A stretch of DNA of 61,545 bases, filler included, from Choristocarpus tenellus KU-1152 (taxonomy: Eukaryota; Protista; Phaeophyceae), in NCBI GenBank assembly GCA_964200185.2. It is 11 parts of 11 records of this genome, joined end to end, with 100 filler letters (N's around TTAATTAATTAA, not from the genome) between each part and the next. Parts side by side here need not be neighbours in the genome. Positions count along the whole stretch, not along the records: positions 38,367 to 51,385 come from CAXNAD020001614.1; positions 51,486 to 58,284 come from CAXNAD020007319.1; 9 more parts are not named here. One strand, 5' to 3'. Shown one piece after another: positions 39,301 through 51,730 of the stretch; the stretch's first letter is position 1, and each line of letters begins with the position of its first letter. The notes under the pieces were generated by a model. The model made no database searches. It was not told the origin of the DNA and saw only the letters and a program-made list of their open reading frames with translations. The translations under genes were made by a program, and so were the position numbers.

Positions 39301-42300
39301 CGGGCTAGCTAGGAATGGGCTTAAGGAGAAGCACAAAGACTGAGTTGATCACTTGGGGAGAGCACGAGATTAGCGGGATGGCGCCCCACAGATTGTGGAT
39401 TATGTTGGGAAGGTTCCCAGTCTCTGACTTTATTCAATTAATGAGATACCACTGTCCACAGGAGGAGACATAGTCGCGTGACTGTCTGCCCCCCCAGAAC
39501 AGTAGCATTTCGATTTTTGACTCTTGACGTTATGTAGGGCCTAATCCTTGTGGATCTAAATATTTGCATTTGTATCATGTCGAGCATTATCTCGGCATTG
39601 CCTCTTGATAAAAATACAACGATCTCACTGACTTCTGTCTTGACCCTTGACCACCTTCTACGACAGAGATAAATAAGAAGTGAAACCAGTGGTCTCACAT
39701 ATGTTAAGGTTAAAAAGTAGTAAACATTAATTACTTCCATGCACTCACTGACCATAATCAGTCTCAAAGCGCCACATCTCCCTCTCCATGGCTTTGTCTC
39801 CTCTGCCAGACCCCAGTTGGTGCAAGGACCGGGTAGGGGAAAAAACGTTAGGCGAAAAGCACCCTTGTGTAAACACTCCTGTTCACAACAACATTTGAAA
39901 ACTTCACAGCAGCCAGTTTCTAATTGTTATGGTGGTTCTTACCGTGGTAACAATGCTGAAGGAGCCAGAAACATCGCTAGGAAAGGGAAATGTTTCCAAT
40001 GCAGAGGTTCACAAGAGCCTCGTTGTGTACATCAACAGCAAGCAGGTAATGCGTCATAAGCTGGGCTTGAGGTAGTGACTCAGCAGTGGGTGGTGAAATA
40101 TAAGGGCCAGCTCTTTCTCTGTGTGTTTCGATGCCTCTCTCCCTTCCAACCCTTGAGTTCTTCTCATCAGTGTCCCAAGTTTGTGCCCTCTTAGTCCCAA
40201 CAAGTAGTTCATCGACATCAAGACCGTTGAAATCCAGTATCACATTTCTACCTCCTTCCTCACCCACTCTATAGCTTACACTTGTTTAAACTGACCCTAG
40301 CCCCCACAAGCATCTGAACAACACCAAAACCTTCCCAAAACTAATTAATAGTCACTAACAATCAATAAAGTACCTCCTTCCAACCCCAGCACAAACAGAC
40401 CCTCCTCTGCCAAAACTACAGCCAATGTCGACAGAGTTATTAAATATACTGGAGATATACTCTGAGTGATCTGCTAGGGGAACACCACTGAATCTAACTG
40501 AGTAAAAACTTTTTTTTCTTGTTGGAAAAGGGGTAGTATATCTTGGGTGACTCGTGAGGTCCTGCCATTTACCGACTTATTGTGTACATAATTACGGAAG
40601 GCAAACATGATGTGCCCCTGTGTAGTGAGCACTACCCCAAGCCACTAGGACTCGTATGCATATTTTCTTCTCCCCTCCCCAAAATTTAACCAGTGATTGG
40701 AGACATGAGGCTGACAGCTGGCCCGAAGGATGATACAAGCAGAGCGAGTGTGGGTTGCGTAAACTACACTGAACAAGGGTTGGCCACTGGTAGCCCCAGA
40801 GCTTTGTTGAATCCTAGCAGGTACTATTCAGGCTCTAGCTGTTTTCCCTGCTGCTGTTACAGTCCCTGTTGTCACCACCCCCTGCAACATGGGAACACTA
40901 CGAGCCCACAAGGCCAACCAGATCCAACTTTTTCTTGGCAAGGTACATATCGTGGAGTGGACAACTAAAACGTGCTGCTATTATCATCAGCTCACAAAGT
41001 TGGAAGGTGGAAACCTCCAAGAAAAGAGGTCGTACATAATCTTTGTGGAATACAAAAGGAGGGGAGGAGAGAGATTACTTTGCATGATAGGTACTCAGGA
41101 GTATAATTCCGATGCCACTTTGCATGTATGGGTGGTTCTTTCGAACCAATCTACAGTGGGAATATCTAACAAGACGAGAAAAACACACATATATATATAT
41201 ATATATTTCAACCAGATTCAGGCAGAGGATAGGGGCTAAGGCTTCAGGTCCTCATGCACCCAAGTTTCAGCAACATCACTCTCCCTCACATATCAATATT
41301 CATTTTTCCCAATAATGTACATGTTTGCTTGATAAGGGGTAGTGTTGTCAATCCTAGCTGATTAATTTGATAATATCACGAATAATCTAAACCGAAAATC
41401 AAGGTGGTAATTTTTGATTGTTATCTCTCACGTGCATCCGTGTTCTAATTGCGGAGTCCCATGGTGCTTGGGACTTCCCATGCAATTCAATCATAATTGA
41501 GTATATGGACAAGTTTGCAATCCCGTCTAACATACTCTTACGATTGCTTTCAATTCACAACACATGTACATGGACACACTAAGAAATGGCAAGAGTTTTG
41601 ATTAGAACTTTGTAGCTTGCTATTAATGTTTTTTTTCACTTGGAATTAATTTGATGGGGGCCTTATGTCCTTACGCACTTCGAAACATATGCTCTGAAGT
41701 ACTCATCATCAAGTCAAATCAAGGGAAATAGTGGGTGAATTAAGCCCTTACGTCTTATCTGATATGAAAACTCTCCCCTACATGGACACATCTTCCCCAA
41801 TATCTGGAGGCGGCGCCTTTCCAAGAATAGGTGGCAGGTGTAGGATTAGGACACAGAATGAGGGTCTCACTAGGCCACTGTCAGTTTGTCTTTGGTGCAG
41901 GTATAGATAGGAAATAGCCTCAACAGCTATTGATGGCAACATCTGCAAGATTTAGTAGTTGGTATGAAATAGTGTTGCACTGTATGAAATAGATCATTTA
42001 CTCAATAATTAATAAACCTTTGTGTTGTAGATGAGGTAAGTCAATGTAAGAAAATAATAGGAGAGTATTCCAGGCATGTATGTGCAGCAAAATAACCAAC
42101 CGAGTTAAGCCCCTCGATTTTCATCTTGATTATCCTGGAAGTGACCTTTACCAGGGTATTGGGTGCCACCTAGTGGTTGGTCGAAAAGCGATTATTTACC
42201 GTCCATCCGTCCGTCCTCCCTTCCGTATATCCTCCCTGCATTACCAGTATCCACTTTCGTCTTTTCATTTACGATCTTGCTCCCTCATTCTAGTGCCTCT

Positions 42301-42403
42301 CTTTAATAATACTATAACTTCTTGAACAAAAAATGTCACCCCACGGATTAGGCTGGTCCAAACTTACTCTAACTAGCTCATTGCCGTTTCTCCTCTCATC
42401 ACA

Positions 42404-42662
42404 GAGTGAAAGTATCTTAAAAGGTGCAAGTTTTGCCCTGTTTGTCCGTTTGGGGCTTGGCTTCCTATGGGGTTTTTTATGATATTTTCCTACTCCACAA
42501 TATTTCGGAGTAGGTAAAATGTATACGTTATGAAAATGTGTGTCAGGGTCAAGGATATTGACACTTCCTAACAAACACGATAACCAAAATTAAACCAAAA
42601 TCACAACATTGGATTGTGGCCCCCAAATGGACGCGGCTCTACCCTCTAAGATACTTTGGCTC
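42404..42662 (-). mobile_element. MITE family A
   Basis: Both TIRs present; flanks ACA/ATA. Confidence 0.85.
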
Positions 42663-42676
42663 ATACATCTACTCAC

Positions 42677-42840
42677 CATCTTGTGTCTTGTGTGTCCATG
42701 TCATGTACTGACTCTCAACACCACGAAGATTGTGCTCACACCAACGGCGCACGTCTCCTGTGATATAATCTTGCCCTGGCTCTAACCAACTCTGCACTAC
42801 TTGAGGAGCAATGATACTCTCCTCATCTTTGGCCTTATAC
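42677..42840 (-). CDS. Putative isolated exon of unknown protein
   Basis: TAG acceptor and GTGAGT donor bound an open frame YKAKDEESIIAPQVVQSWLEPGQDYITGDVRRWCEHNLRGVESQYMTWTHKTQD. Confidence 0.35.
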
Positions 42841-42966
42841 CTAACCCTAGCCCTGTACCTCATTATACACAAAAGAATACCCACTACAACTACGACCCCA
42901 CTGCCACTGACTCTCATCCTCACAAAATCAAGACTACACCACTTGTGTCATACACACTCAACTCTC

Positions 42967-45430
42967 TAGTGTTGTGAATTGAAAGAATTTGTGAGTGCAA
43001 GATAAATCGTATCGAAAAAATTCGAAGTACTCGATCAAAATTGAACCCTTTGCGAAACGCACAGCGAAAGACCCCTTGGTTGGAGAGGAGGCCCACCAGA
43101 GGTGATTTTTTTAGGTACTTGTCATTCTCTAACATTTTTTCCCTCACTATTATATACACTTTGAAACGATGTCTGAGATAATTTCACATGTTTTGTAGAA
43201 GAAGAAAGGACTGAAGACTTGTCAGGTTATTATGGATAGGGATATTTAAAGTCCAACATTTGTTACAACTCTTATCTCTTTGTGTAGGTGTGCATGTGTG
43301 GCAACACATTACTTCTCCAGTCTTCGGGTGATATCTTTACTGTTGCCTTTCTTGGCAACCTCCCATGCATCCACTTTTACCCAAGTGTCGCGGAGGAAAA
43401 ACAAGGAGCTGGACATAAAACCTAGGTCCAGCCTGCTCGTTTTATTAGTCACAATAATCCCAGCTGCTGAGAGCGTGCATTCCGATTCTGATTGTGTAAC
43501 AGGAATGGTTGCAGTGTGGTGGGCAAGTTTGGCGAGGTACGGAAATCTTGAGCTCCTTTCCCTCTACTACTTGATTGAGCGGGTTGTTGTAAGCTCAGCT
43601 GCTCACATCAATTATTGAGAGCCCTCCTGCCACCCTTAAGGGAGTCAATCTCTCTACATGTGCTCCCTGACTGTGTGTTTCACTATCTCACCAGCAGCAG
43701 CTAATCACCCCCACACATTGCAAGGGAACTCCGATTAATACCTTTCGTCTTTTACTGGAGGGCTGCCCCAGCACAAGTTGGATAGTACGTGGATGCAGAC
43801 TTGATTCCACCACTAGACTATTATTCTCTGACTCCTTTACTCTGTGCTCCTCCTCCACAATGCCTTGAACTTCCAACTCCACTTGCCTCCAAATCTCTTC
43901 ATCATGGTTGTTATCTGGAATACCGTCAAGAACTTTGATTGTGAGTTCCAGACAAGTAGCCAGTGCCTGCTGCTTCCATTTAAACCCTCTGGGTTGGCTC
44001 TTCTCACTCTCAGAATACTGGGTAATATTCTTACCTGTACCAAAGCGGCTCCCAAAGTCAGTTAACATCGTACTTTCACCCTAGCATTCACCAGTGTCAC
44101 TTCTACCTGTTTAGAGGTGATGTTTTTGAAGGTGTCGCAAGCTTTCACTGCTTTTTTGCCCGTACATAATAATAGATAACAGAGGACAAGTACAGATAAT
44201 GTGGTTCAAGAGTCTTCTGTGCTTACATGACTGGCTCAAGTAACTATTTTATCTAGACCCATCACTTGCACTTGAGTATGGCAAAAGATCAAGCCAAGAA
44301 GAGGCGAGATGGGAGATGGAGAAAGGCTAAGGATTTCGGAGGTTTATATACTTCAGAAAAACAACTAAAAACTACATCAAAGTTGGCGACTTTGACAAAA
44401 CTTCGTATTTGAAGGAAGAAGGAATTGTGCATGTGTGATAGATGTCAACATAAAACATGAAAATCATTGTTATCGCGTACAGTATTTGTCATGGGTTTGA
44501 CAGGTGGCAAGCGACTTATCTACATTTCACATTTCCCCTAGAACAAGCACTTCCAATTTCTGTCCTGTGCTCCAACCAAAATGTTCCCGTGAAGAGCCGT
44601 AGCAGGTTTGAGGTACAGGAAGCGGTTCACCATAGAAGAAGTGGATCACCAATGAGTATACATCCTGGATCACTTTGTTCGACTCTCTCTTGGATATCCT
44701 GCACATCTCCTCCAAGCACTCCTAGCACTTGCTGGATTTGAATAGGCGTCAACAGCTACCTGATAAGAACATCATTGTGGTAAGTATGTTTGCCTGTTAT
44801 TATACCGTTATTGACGTATGCCATATACCGTTATACCGTGGTACCGATTGAGGTCCTCAGTCAAGAGTCCATGATTTCACAGACAGACTTTTTGTCAGAA
44901 TGTCACACATGGAAGATCCACTATATTCCCACGTCTTGACTGATGATGGTGATGAAGCCCAATCTTTGATGGTGCTCATTACTCCTAGGTTTGCACTTGT
45001 CCAACCTTAACCTCGTACCCTCGGTTACGGTTCGTCCTTGTTCGTGTGGTCCGTCTAGCCCGGTGATTCTCTTCACCACCCTTGCCTGAGTGAACCACGC
45101 CGCCACAGAATCACACGATTCACATCATGCATCATTGTTATCCAGTTTAATACATGCCTTCATTGGGTTGTGTTTTTTTTTATGTATTAGTGGCCTCTCC
45201 TCCAAATATTCCACAGAAAAACATAAAAATATCAAAGTATTCGATCCCAAGATTTTTTATTTCGATAATATTGCAGTCTTATTGAATCAGGTGGACTAAA
45301 TTTGTATGGTTCACAACACTACATCACATGTCTTGGCACTTTTTCCCCATCGTCAAAATATATTCCACTACATCGAAAATTTGGAGCCGATTTATCTTAC
45401 ACTCATAAATTCTTTCGATTCACAAAACTA
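42967..45430 (-). mobile_element. hAT DNA transposon relic with terminal inverted repeats
   Basis: Imperfect ~60-bp TIRs (TAGTGTTGTGAATTGAAAGAATTTGTGAGTGCAAGATAAATCG at 42967, inverse ending at 45430). Decayed transposase: KVIQDV/THW*STSSMVNRFLYLKPA (~44600-44680) and hAT dimerisation domain IK**RERSSRFPYLAKLAHHTATIPVTQSESECTLSAAGIIVTNKTSRL..LFFLRDTW (~43380-43580). Confidence 0.8.
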
Positions 45431-45689
45431 CTCACAGCAACAAGTAGAGTTGAAGTATGAAAGAGGGTAGACTGAAAAAGGGACAGAGTAGAAGTTTTGG
45501 GAACGTATAGAGGGCAGATCCAAGGAACTACTGAGGAACCTTTCCCACGCGGGAGAGGGGGAGGATCCAGCAGTAAAGGTGGAGATGTATGCCGAGCAGA
45601 TAAAATAGGGACAAGAAGCATTTCCAGGTATTGGTGATACTAACTCCACTCTGGGATAGTAGAGTAGAGTGGTAACTGGTGGGATCCGG

Positions 45690-46800
45690 CATTGGGAACC
45701 ACGTATTGGTGATGAAATGGACAAAGTCGAATATATTGTAGGGGAGTATCTGGTGTGATCCACAGTGGAAGTGATAGCCGAGGGCCGAGCTATATGTTAG
45801 GGTTGGTACATGGGATAGATACATCGGTTCATATTCAGGTCTACGCGGACAGTCGTAGTTTTTGCAGTTCTGGTCGCAAATGCTGATATTCCTTGACACC
45901 CACGATAGAACCGACAAATTAGTGCACACAGTAGGGTGGTAACTGTTTGGATACCCTGTGAAAGCCATAGTTGGGGGGTGTCGAGCCAACGTGATAAGTC
46001 GTAGATTGTGCTGTCCGTCCTGAAGTAAAAAGATTAGGGTTCATCGTAGGGTGGTACTCAGTCTGATACTCCGAGAAAGTCATAATTGGAGGACCTAGGG
46101 AAATATTAGGGTGATATCTAGGCTGGAGTTCTGATCGAGCGATCAGTTGTAATTTATGCCGTACCCGGCACTAAGTTAGATACTCCTTCGCATACGTGAT
46201 AAAATCGAAAGATTAGACCAAATTTGTGTAGGTTGATCACAGGGTAGATAACTTGTAACAGTCGCAATTGGGGGGACATCGGTTCTACGTTGATATGTCG
46301 TAGATTGTGCGTTCCTGTCGCTAACATTCCCTGGGCATCCGTGATGAAATTGAAACGTGAGGGCTCATAGTATTGTGATACTTAGTGTGATAATTCGTTA
46401 GAGGCTCCTAATTGGAGGACCTAGGGTGAAAAGGGGATTGGCAACTCAGCATAGATATACTTGTTCAGTGTCCTGCTTGAACGATCAGTTGTAGTTTTAT
46501 GCTTTTCCAGTCGCAAACTGGGATATTCCGTGGCATTAGTGATGAGATTTGCGGATTAGGTTACATTGCAGGGTTTTAACTGGTTTGTTAACTGTGACAA
46601 TCATACTTGGGGATCTGATGTGGACGTGATTAGTCGTAGGTTGTGTCGTTTTTTGTTACAACTGTTTCCAGCTATTAGCATCCTTGATGGAATTGACAAG
46701 AGTATGGCACATTGTAGGGTGGTGACTAGTTGTATAATCCGTGAAAGTCCTAATTGGGGGACTCAGCGGGATAATAGGGATTGTACATAGTGATATGCCT
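45690..46800 (-). repeat. Diverged ~150-bp higher-order tandem array, possibly a decayed repeat-protein gene
   Basis: Recurring GT(C/T)GTA..TT.TG motif at ~45852, 45998, 46146, 46298, 46488 and 46634; AATTGG(A/G)GGAC-like motif at ~45971, 46084, 46266, 46410, 46607 and 46752. Confidence 0.65.
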
Positions 46801-46939
46801 ATTCACGTGTCTGTGGTCATGGTAAGTGAGCAGTACTATTCCGTACTATTCTCGCCAAGATTAATTCCTTGCATAAATTTTGAGAGAACGTTGTCCAACT
46901 TGGGTATCCAATTACTGTAAATGTTAGCAGTGCTATGCA

Positions 46940-48370
46940 ATGGTTGTGTGGTATGCGCTTTTTTTGCCTCCTGAGAACTGAACCTTCCGAGAGGTGTTAG
47001 TCCGGTTCTTGAGGCTGAGTTCAAGGTGTCCAAAGGCTACACCTCCATGTTGTGGAACAAGGTGGTTCAAGAGCTTGCTTCCGACCATAAGCTCTCTCTT
47101 AACACCAAGAAGAAGTCTGGTGCTCCCACGGGATTCGCGCCGACCAAGGTGCAGCGAATCCTTGAGGTCAACTCTGAGCACTGGCATCTGAGAGTTAAGC
47201 AGGTAAAGGCCGGGCTCAAAGAGTTCAATTAACAAATTGCAGCTCCAGCAGTGATTGGAGGTCATGGGGGCAAGGGAGGTGCACCAGTACATCAAGCCTC
47301 AGCTATTGTTCCACCACTGGAAGGAGTGAGTTGTCTTCATCCTCAACCAAGCTGATAGATGCCGCAAGTGGTGGAATGGCAGGTTTCTAAATATCCATGT
47401 GGGCAAGGAGAGGACGGTCTCGACAAAGCTGCAGCACAAGAGCCATGTCACCAAGGTGAGTGTCGGTTGAATAATTCAGACAATGTTGGAGTCTAATGAT
47501 CATTTTGTCATCCACAACAGAGTATCAAATGCTAACCAGAATCAATTTTCAAAAGCTCAAAGTATCTGAGGGGGGGGTGGTGGCTGTCCATTTGGAGTCA
47601 ATTTTTTCATGTCGCGATTTTTGGATGATTTGGTTGCATACGTTGGATGGATAATGTAAATACACTTTTCCTGATTTTACCAAAATTGACACCCTGGTGT
47701 AGACCCCCCTCCAGATACTTTGGGTCAAATTCAAATCCCCCATAAGCGATGTTCATTTGTACCATTATGAGCCTTGATCTGGAGCATGACTTCAACAGGA
47801 AGAGATTGGCACCTGATGTGTTTGTGTTACAAAGAAGCGCAGAGGACAAGCGTAAACCAACAGCAGGGGGACAACTAAGAGGTCAACATCACCATCAACT
47901 CGGAGTGGTACCAGCAATGGTACATCAACGACCTGCTGCCCATCTCCAAAGAATACAAAAAATTGACCTGATGATGCGGCAGGACGGAGTGGCACTTCAC
48001 ATGAGCAAGGACACTTTGTGGAAGCTCAATTTAGCCTGGAGGTCAGGGGTGTGAATTAACAAACTTGTAATGCACCTGGCACAGACACCAGACTCAATAT
48101 CAGTGACTTGTTTAACTTAATCAAAGGTCGAGTTTGGAGGGAGCACTACCATACCATAGAGGAGATGGTGTGCATAAAGACCCTTTTCAACTAGTACCCC
48201 ATAGAGACTCTTGAGCGAGAGTGGCAATCTATTTAAGAGGTATAACTAAATGTTGACAGTGTTTAGGGGCCAATGATTTCGGGGAAGAACACAAGAAGAC
48301 TGAAAGTTTGCAGATGAGTGGGCAGCCGAAAAAGTGTGTGGAGATGATGAGGAGACGTACTACACAGTGG
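46940..48370 (+). mobile_element. Near full-length degenerate mariner (DD39D-like) transposase, interrupted by a MITE
   Basis: N-terminal LPRGV..FKVSKGYTSMLW..TKKKSG, then YIKPQL..HWKE*VVFIL, then HDFN.K/IG, EAQRTSVN, RQDGVALH, LAQTP/LNISDL, IKGRVWREHYHTIEEMV, TLEREWQS and NDFGEEH. Confidence 0.8.
47554..47726 (+). mobile_element. MITE family B, complete 173-bp copy with AAA TSD
   Basis: AAA|AGCTCAAAGTATCTGAGGGGGG...CCCCCTCCAGATACTTTGGGTC|AAA. Confidence 0.88.
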
Positions 48371-49513
48371 AGGTGAGGTAGTTCAAGGGAGAGGAGAGGA
48401 AGGAGGAAGGTCGATTTAGGTGAAGAAAACATCAAGGAACCCATTGCAACTAACTGTTTCCAAATCTGTCATAATCATGATTCGGTAAGATGAATATTGA
48501 ACAGACTTATCGGACAGGAGTATACAAGGATGCCATAGAACCAAAAGCGCTAACCCATTCAATCTCATATTTGAATCTTTTTCGGGTGGAACTGTATCTG
48601 ACCAAACTTTTTTCACAATCCAAGTGTAGTTTTCTTCACTGCTATAGGGCCCAGTAGTGTCTGTGGTACACTTGCCGGTGGGTACTATACTCTTTTCCAG
48701 TATGTACTAATTTATGGTGACTAAAACTCTACTTGACTTAGTAGAAAAACGCTGCTTGTACATTGCTCCATCTACCAATCAATACAAGGATGGCAGACAA
48801 GGCAAAAGCTAACAGGCAGTCAAGGGTCAAAAGAGATGCCACCTGGCATGTTTAGGGTACGGGCTTACCTTTCCAACACACATGCAATGTGGTCCATCAA
48901 AGTCAAATTCTGGATTCCTTGCAAAGGAAATCTGGACTCCGTTACCAGGGTCCAAATCTGGACATTCCTGTGGAATGTGGGTGAACACCACTTGAAGTTC
49001 ATGGACAAGCTCAGTAGATTTACATACGTGACACCTGTCATTGCCCTTTGCTGCTCCGTACTGCAGAGTGGGGGGCAATGAAAATTGTCATGATGCTGCT
49101 CAAGATGATGACAAAAGAAGTAGACCATACTGAGGTTGGGTGTGTATCCCTCCACTCAACTTGAGTTGAGGGATTCAGGACAGAACAGAAGGCTCAACTC
49201 AGAAAGGACGTCCCAGAGGATCTGGGTGATGATAACAGTACCTGCACATGATAAGTCAGAATCGGATTGACTCTTTGATCTGACTGTCTTCTTTGCTCTT
49301 CATTCAAATCTGGATCTTATGTGTGTGTCCGGGCTGTTGACTGGTCACTTGAACACCTTCAATGGCAAAAGGTGGCATGCACGATTTGTCTGACTGCACG
49401 TGATATCCATATCCATTGTGTCGGAGATTCCAAATGGGCCCTGTCCCTGACATCACCCTGTGGATTCCATCTAACACAAAAAAGTGGCTGGCTAACATAT
49501 CCAAAGTACTCTG

Positions 49514-49795
49514 GACCCAAAGTATTTTAAGAGGGTAAGGCCACATTTATTCGGGGTCATAAATCCAATGCTGTAATTTTTATTTAATTTTGGCTATCGT
49601 GTTTGTTAGCAAGTGTCAAATCTTTGCTCCAGACACACCTTTCCTAGTCATGTACATTTTACCCCACTCTGAAATGTTTGGAGTAGGGAACTGTATTCAC
49701 AGAATACCGAAAAATGGGCATTAAAAAGCTGTGGGAAGCCACGCCCCGAACAGACAAACAAGGGCAAACTCCGACCCTCTGAAATGCTTTGGACC
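49514..49795 (+). mobile_element. MITE family A, diverged
   Basis: Internal similarity to family A with degenerate TIRs. Confidence 0.7.
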
Positions 49796-51506
49796 GCCTT
49801 ACATGTTGGAGAGGTCCTTGCAAGAGACGGTAAAGGAAAATCTCCTGGTTGTTGAAACAACTCAGGGCAATAGGTGGAGCACAAGTGGTGATCAACCCTG
49901 TTGTCTACCACTTCAATCCATACAGAAAGATCTGTGTAAATGGTGGAAGTGTAGCGAGAAGAATAGCATGGACATGCTGATCTTCTACGTGTCCCCAGGG
50001 ATTTGAGTGCATGGAACTGAGTATCACCACAGATTTATTTTCTTCAGGTCATCCACTGGGAATTCTTGCAGGGACAGTTTTAGGAGTGATTGGGAAACTC
50101 ATTGTCTCTGATTGTCGACTGGTCCAACATATTACCATGGTGTCTTTGAACCAGAAAAAATGTGACTTCGAAAATATATGGTATGTGCGCACATCTAGTA
50201 ATAAAACTTATATGGATGCTTCTGACGGGTAGGACCATCTTGTTTCGTGAGTCTACATAGGTGAGCTTGTAATTCTACTTCACGGTGTCCATACTCATCT
50301 GATAGTAAAGCCATGAACTACCACCTGGACAAATTCAATTGTGTGGTGGTCTTCAAGAATTGTTGGGTGTTGCTTACACTGTCGTAGAACAAAAATCGAC
50401 GTGTATCCTCTCTATCTGTGGACTCTAATGGCAAATCATTAGGCCGGCATCTCACTAGTATAGAGTAGTTCATCACTAAGTTTGGTCCACAAGGACAGTT
50501 TTCGCAATTAGAAGAGACTGAGTTACTTCGTTGTGGACATTTGGCTTGCTGTAAATCAACTTATTTGATTTGTTTAAGGGCAGGAGCCTTTCTTTTATGG
50601 AAAGTCACAAATTGGCTCTTACATTTCGAGTGTCCAACTCGTTCTTCTCTCGGTGGGCTGCAACCATCTCTGTACATTCAGGAGTTGCAGCGCTTGTGCA
50701 AAACATCATCGGGTGGTGAAATCCATGAAAGTGAAACCATGTAATTGTGAGTGGTCTTTCTTCCAACACCTCACTTGTGGTCAATAATGCCCTCTACGAT
50801 TTGTGACCCAACAACTGGGTGTGAACTCTACCCCTGGCCAAGGTCTAGCTTGGGTAACACATGTCCTAAGGAAGATGTACCAAAGGGCATCCATGACAGG
50901 TTCAGCGGCTAAGTCATCTTCAAGTGGTTTAGTCGTGCCACATGAATTGTCTGCTCTCATTTGTGCTCCAAGCGTTTTATGCAAAATGCAATGGGTGTAA
51001 TACATGACTTTACTTCATCATTAGGTCCCCTTCATGGAGATAGGAGTTTGGGGTTCGGCATATCAGCTGAAGTGTGTGATGTTTGTGAAGCTACACCTCA
51101 TCCCTTGACCTTAGATTGGGAATTTATGATTTACAGCATCAGATTAATTTTCATTACTATCTCACCAATATTTTACTTGGGTATGTTCGTATTCTAGGTG
51201 TAAAGTCTCCACTGTTGCTGTACTACATTCTTGTACGATGTAGGGTTGGCCTCACAAACGCCCAAAATAGTATTAATTGGTAAAATTGATGTTAAAACAT
51301 AGGCTACTCATTTGTTTCTTGTTGATATGATACACATCTACCAGCTTGTACTGACTGTTGATTGGTGCACTGCACTGGTTGTTAGNNNNNNNNNNNNNNN
51401 NNNNNNNNNNNNNNNNNNNNNNNNNNNNNTTAATTAATTAANNNNNNNNNNNNNNNNNNNNNNNNNNNNNNNNNNNNNNNNNNNNCCCCCAGATACTTTG
51501 GGTCTA

Positions 51507-51730
51507 TATTTTTTTATTATTATACTCTCTGACATCTTGGAGATAGATGTGTCAAAGGCAACAAAACAATGAAAAGTCTATTCAATTCCACTTTCAGCAT
51601 TACTGTTACTGTTATTTATATTATTATGCCCTCTTGACATTTTGTAGACATGTCAGGGAAAAAAACAATTCGATGTCCTAAATACCCCTGTAAAAGCAAT
51701 AGTTGTCGCAAATGTGAAAGGTACATCTCG
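51507..51730 (-). mobile_element. Two tandem stem-loop/(TAA)-tail repeat copies
   Basis: Copies at 51507-51580 and 51617-51730; a further copy at 52155-52260. Confidence 0.5.

Noticed and set aside
48827-49078. Fanzor/TnpB RuvC next to the mariner (DLDPG motif)
   Set aside because: No RuvC-II/III or zinc-finger motifs appear in a compatible order. It may be an unrelated exon, but two frames are open and neither is recognisable.
49190-49245. Sulfotransferase PAPS-loop-like peptide VLLSSPRSSGTSFL
   Set aside because: It is short, followed by a stop, and has no supporting exons.
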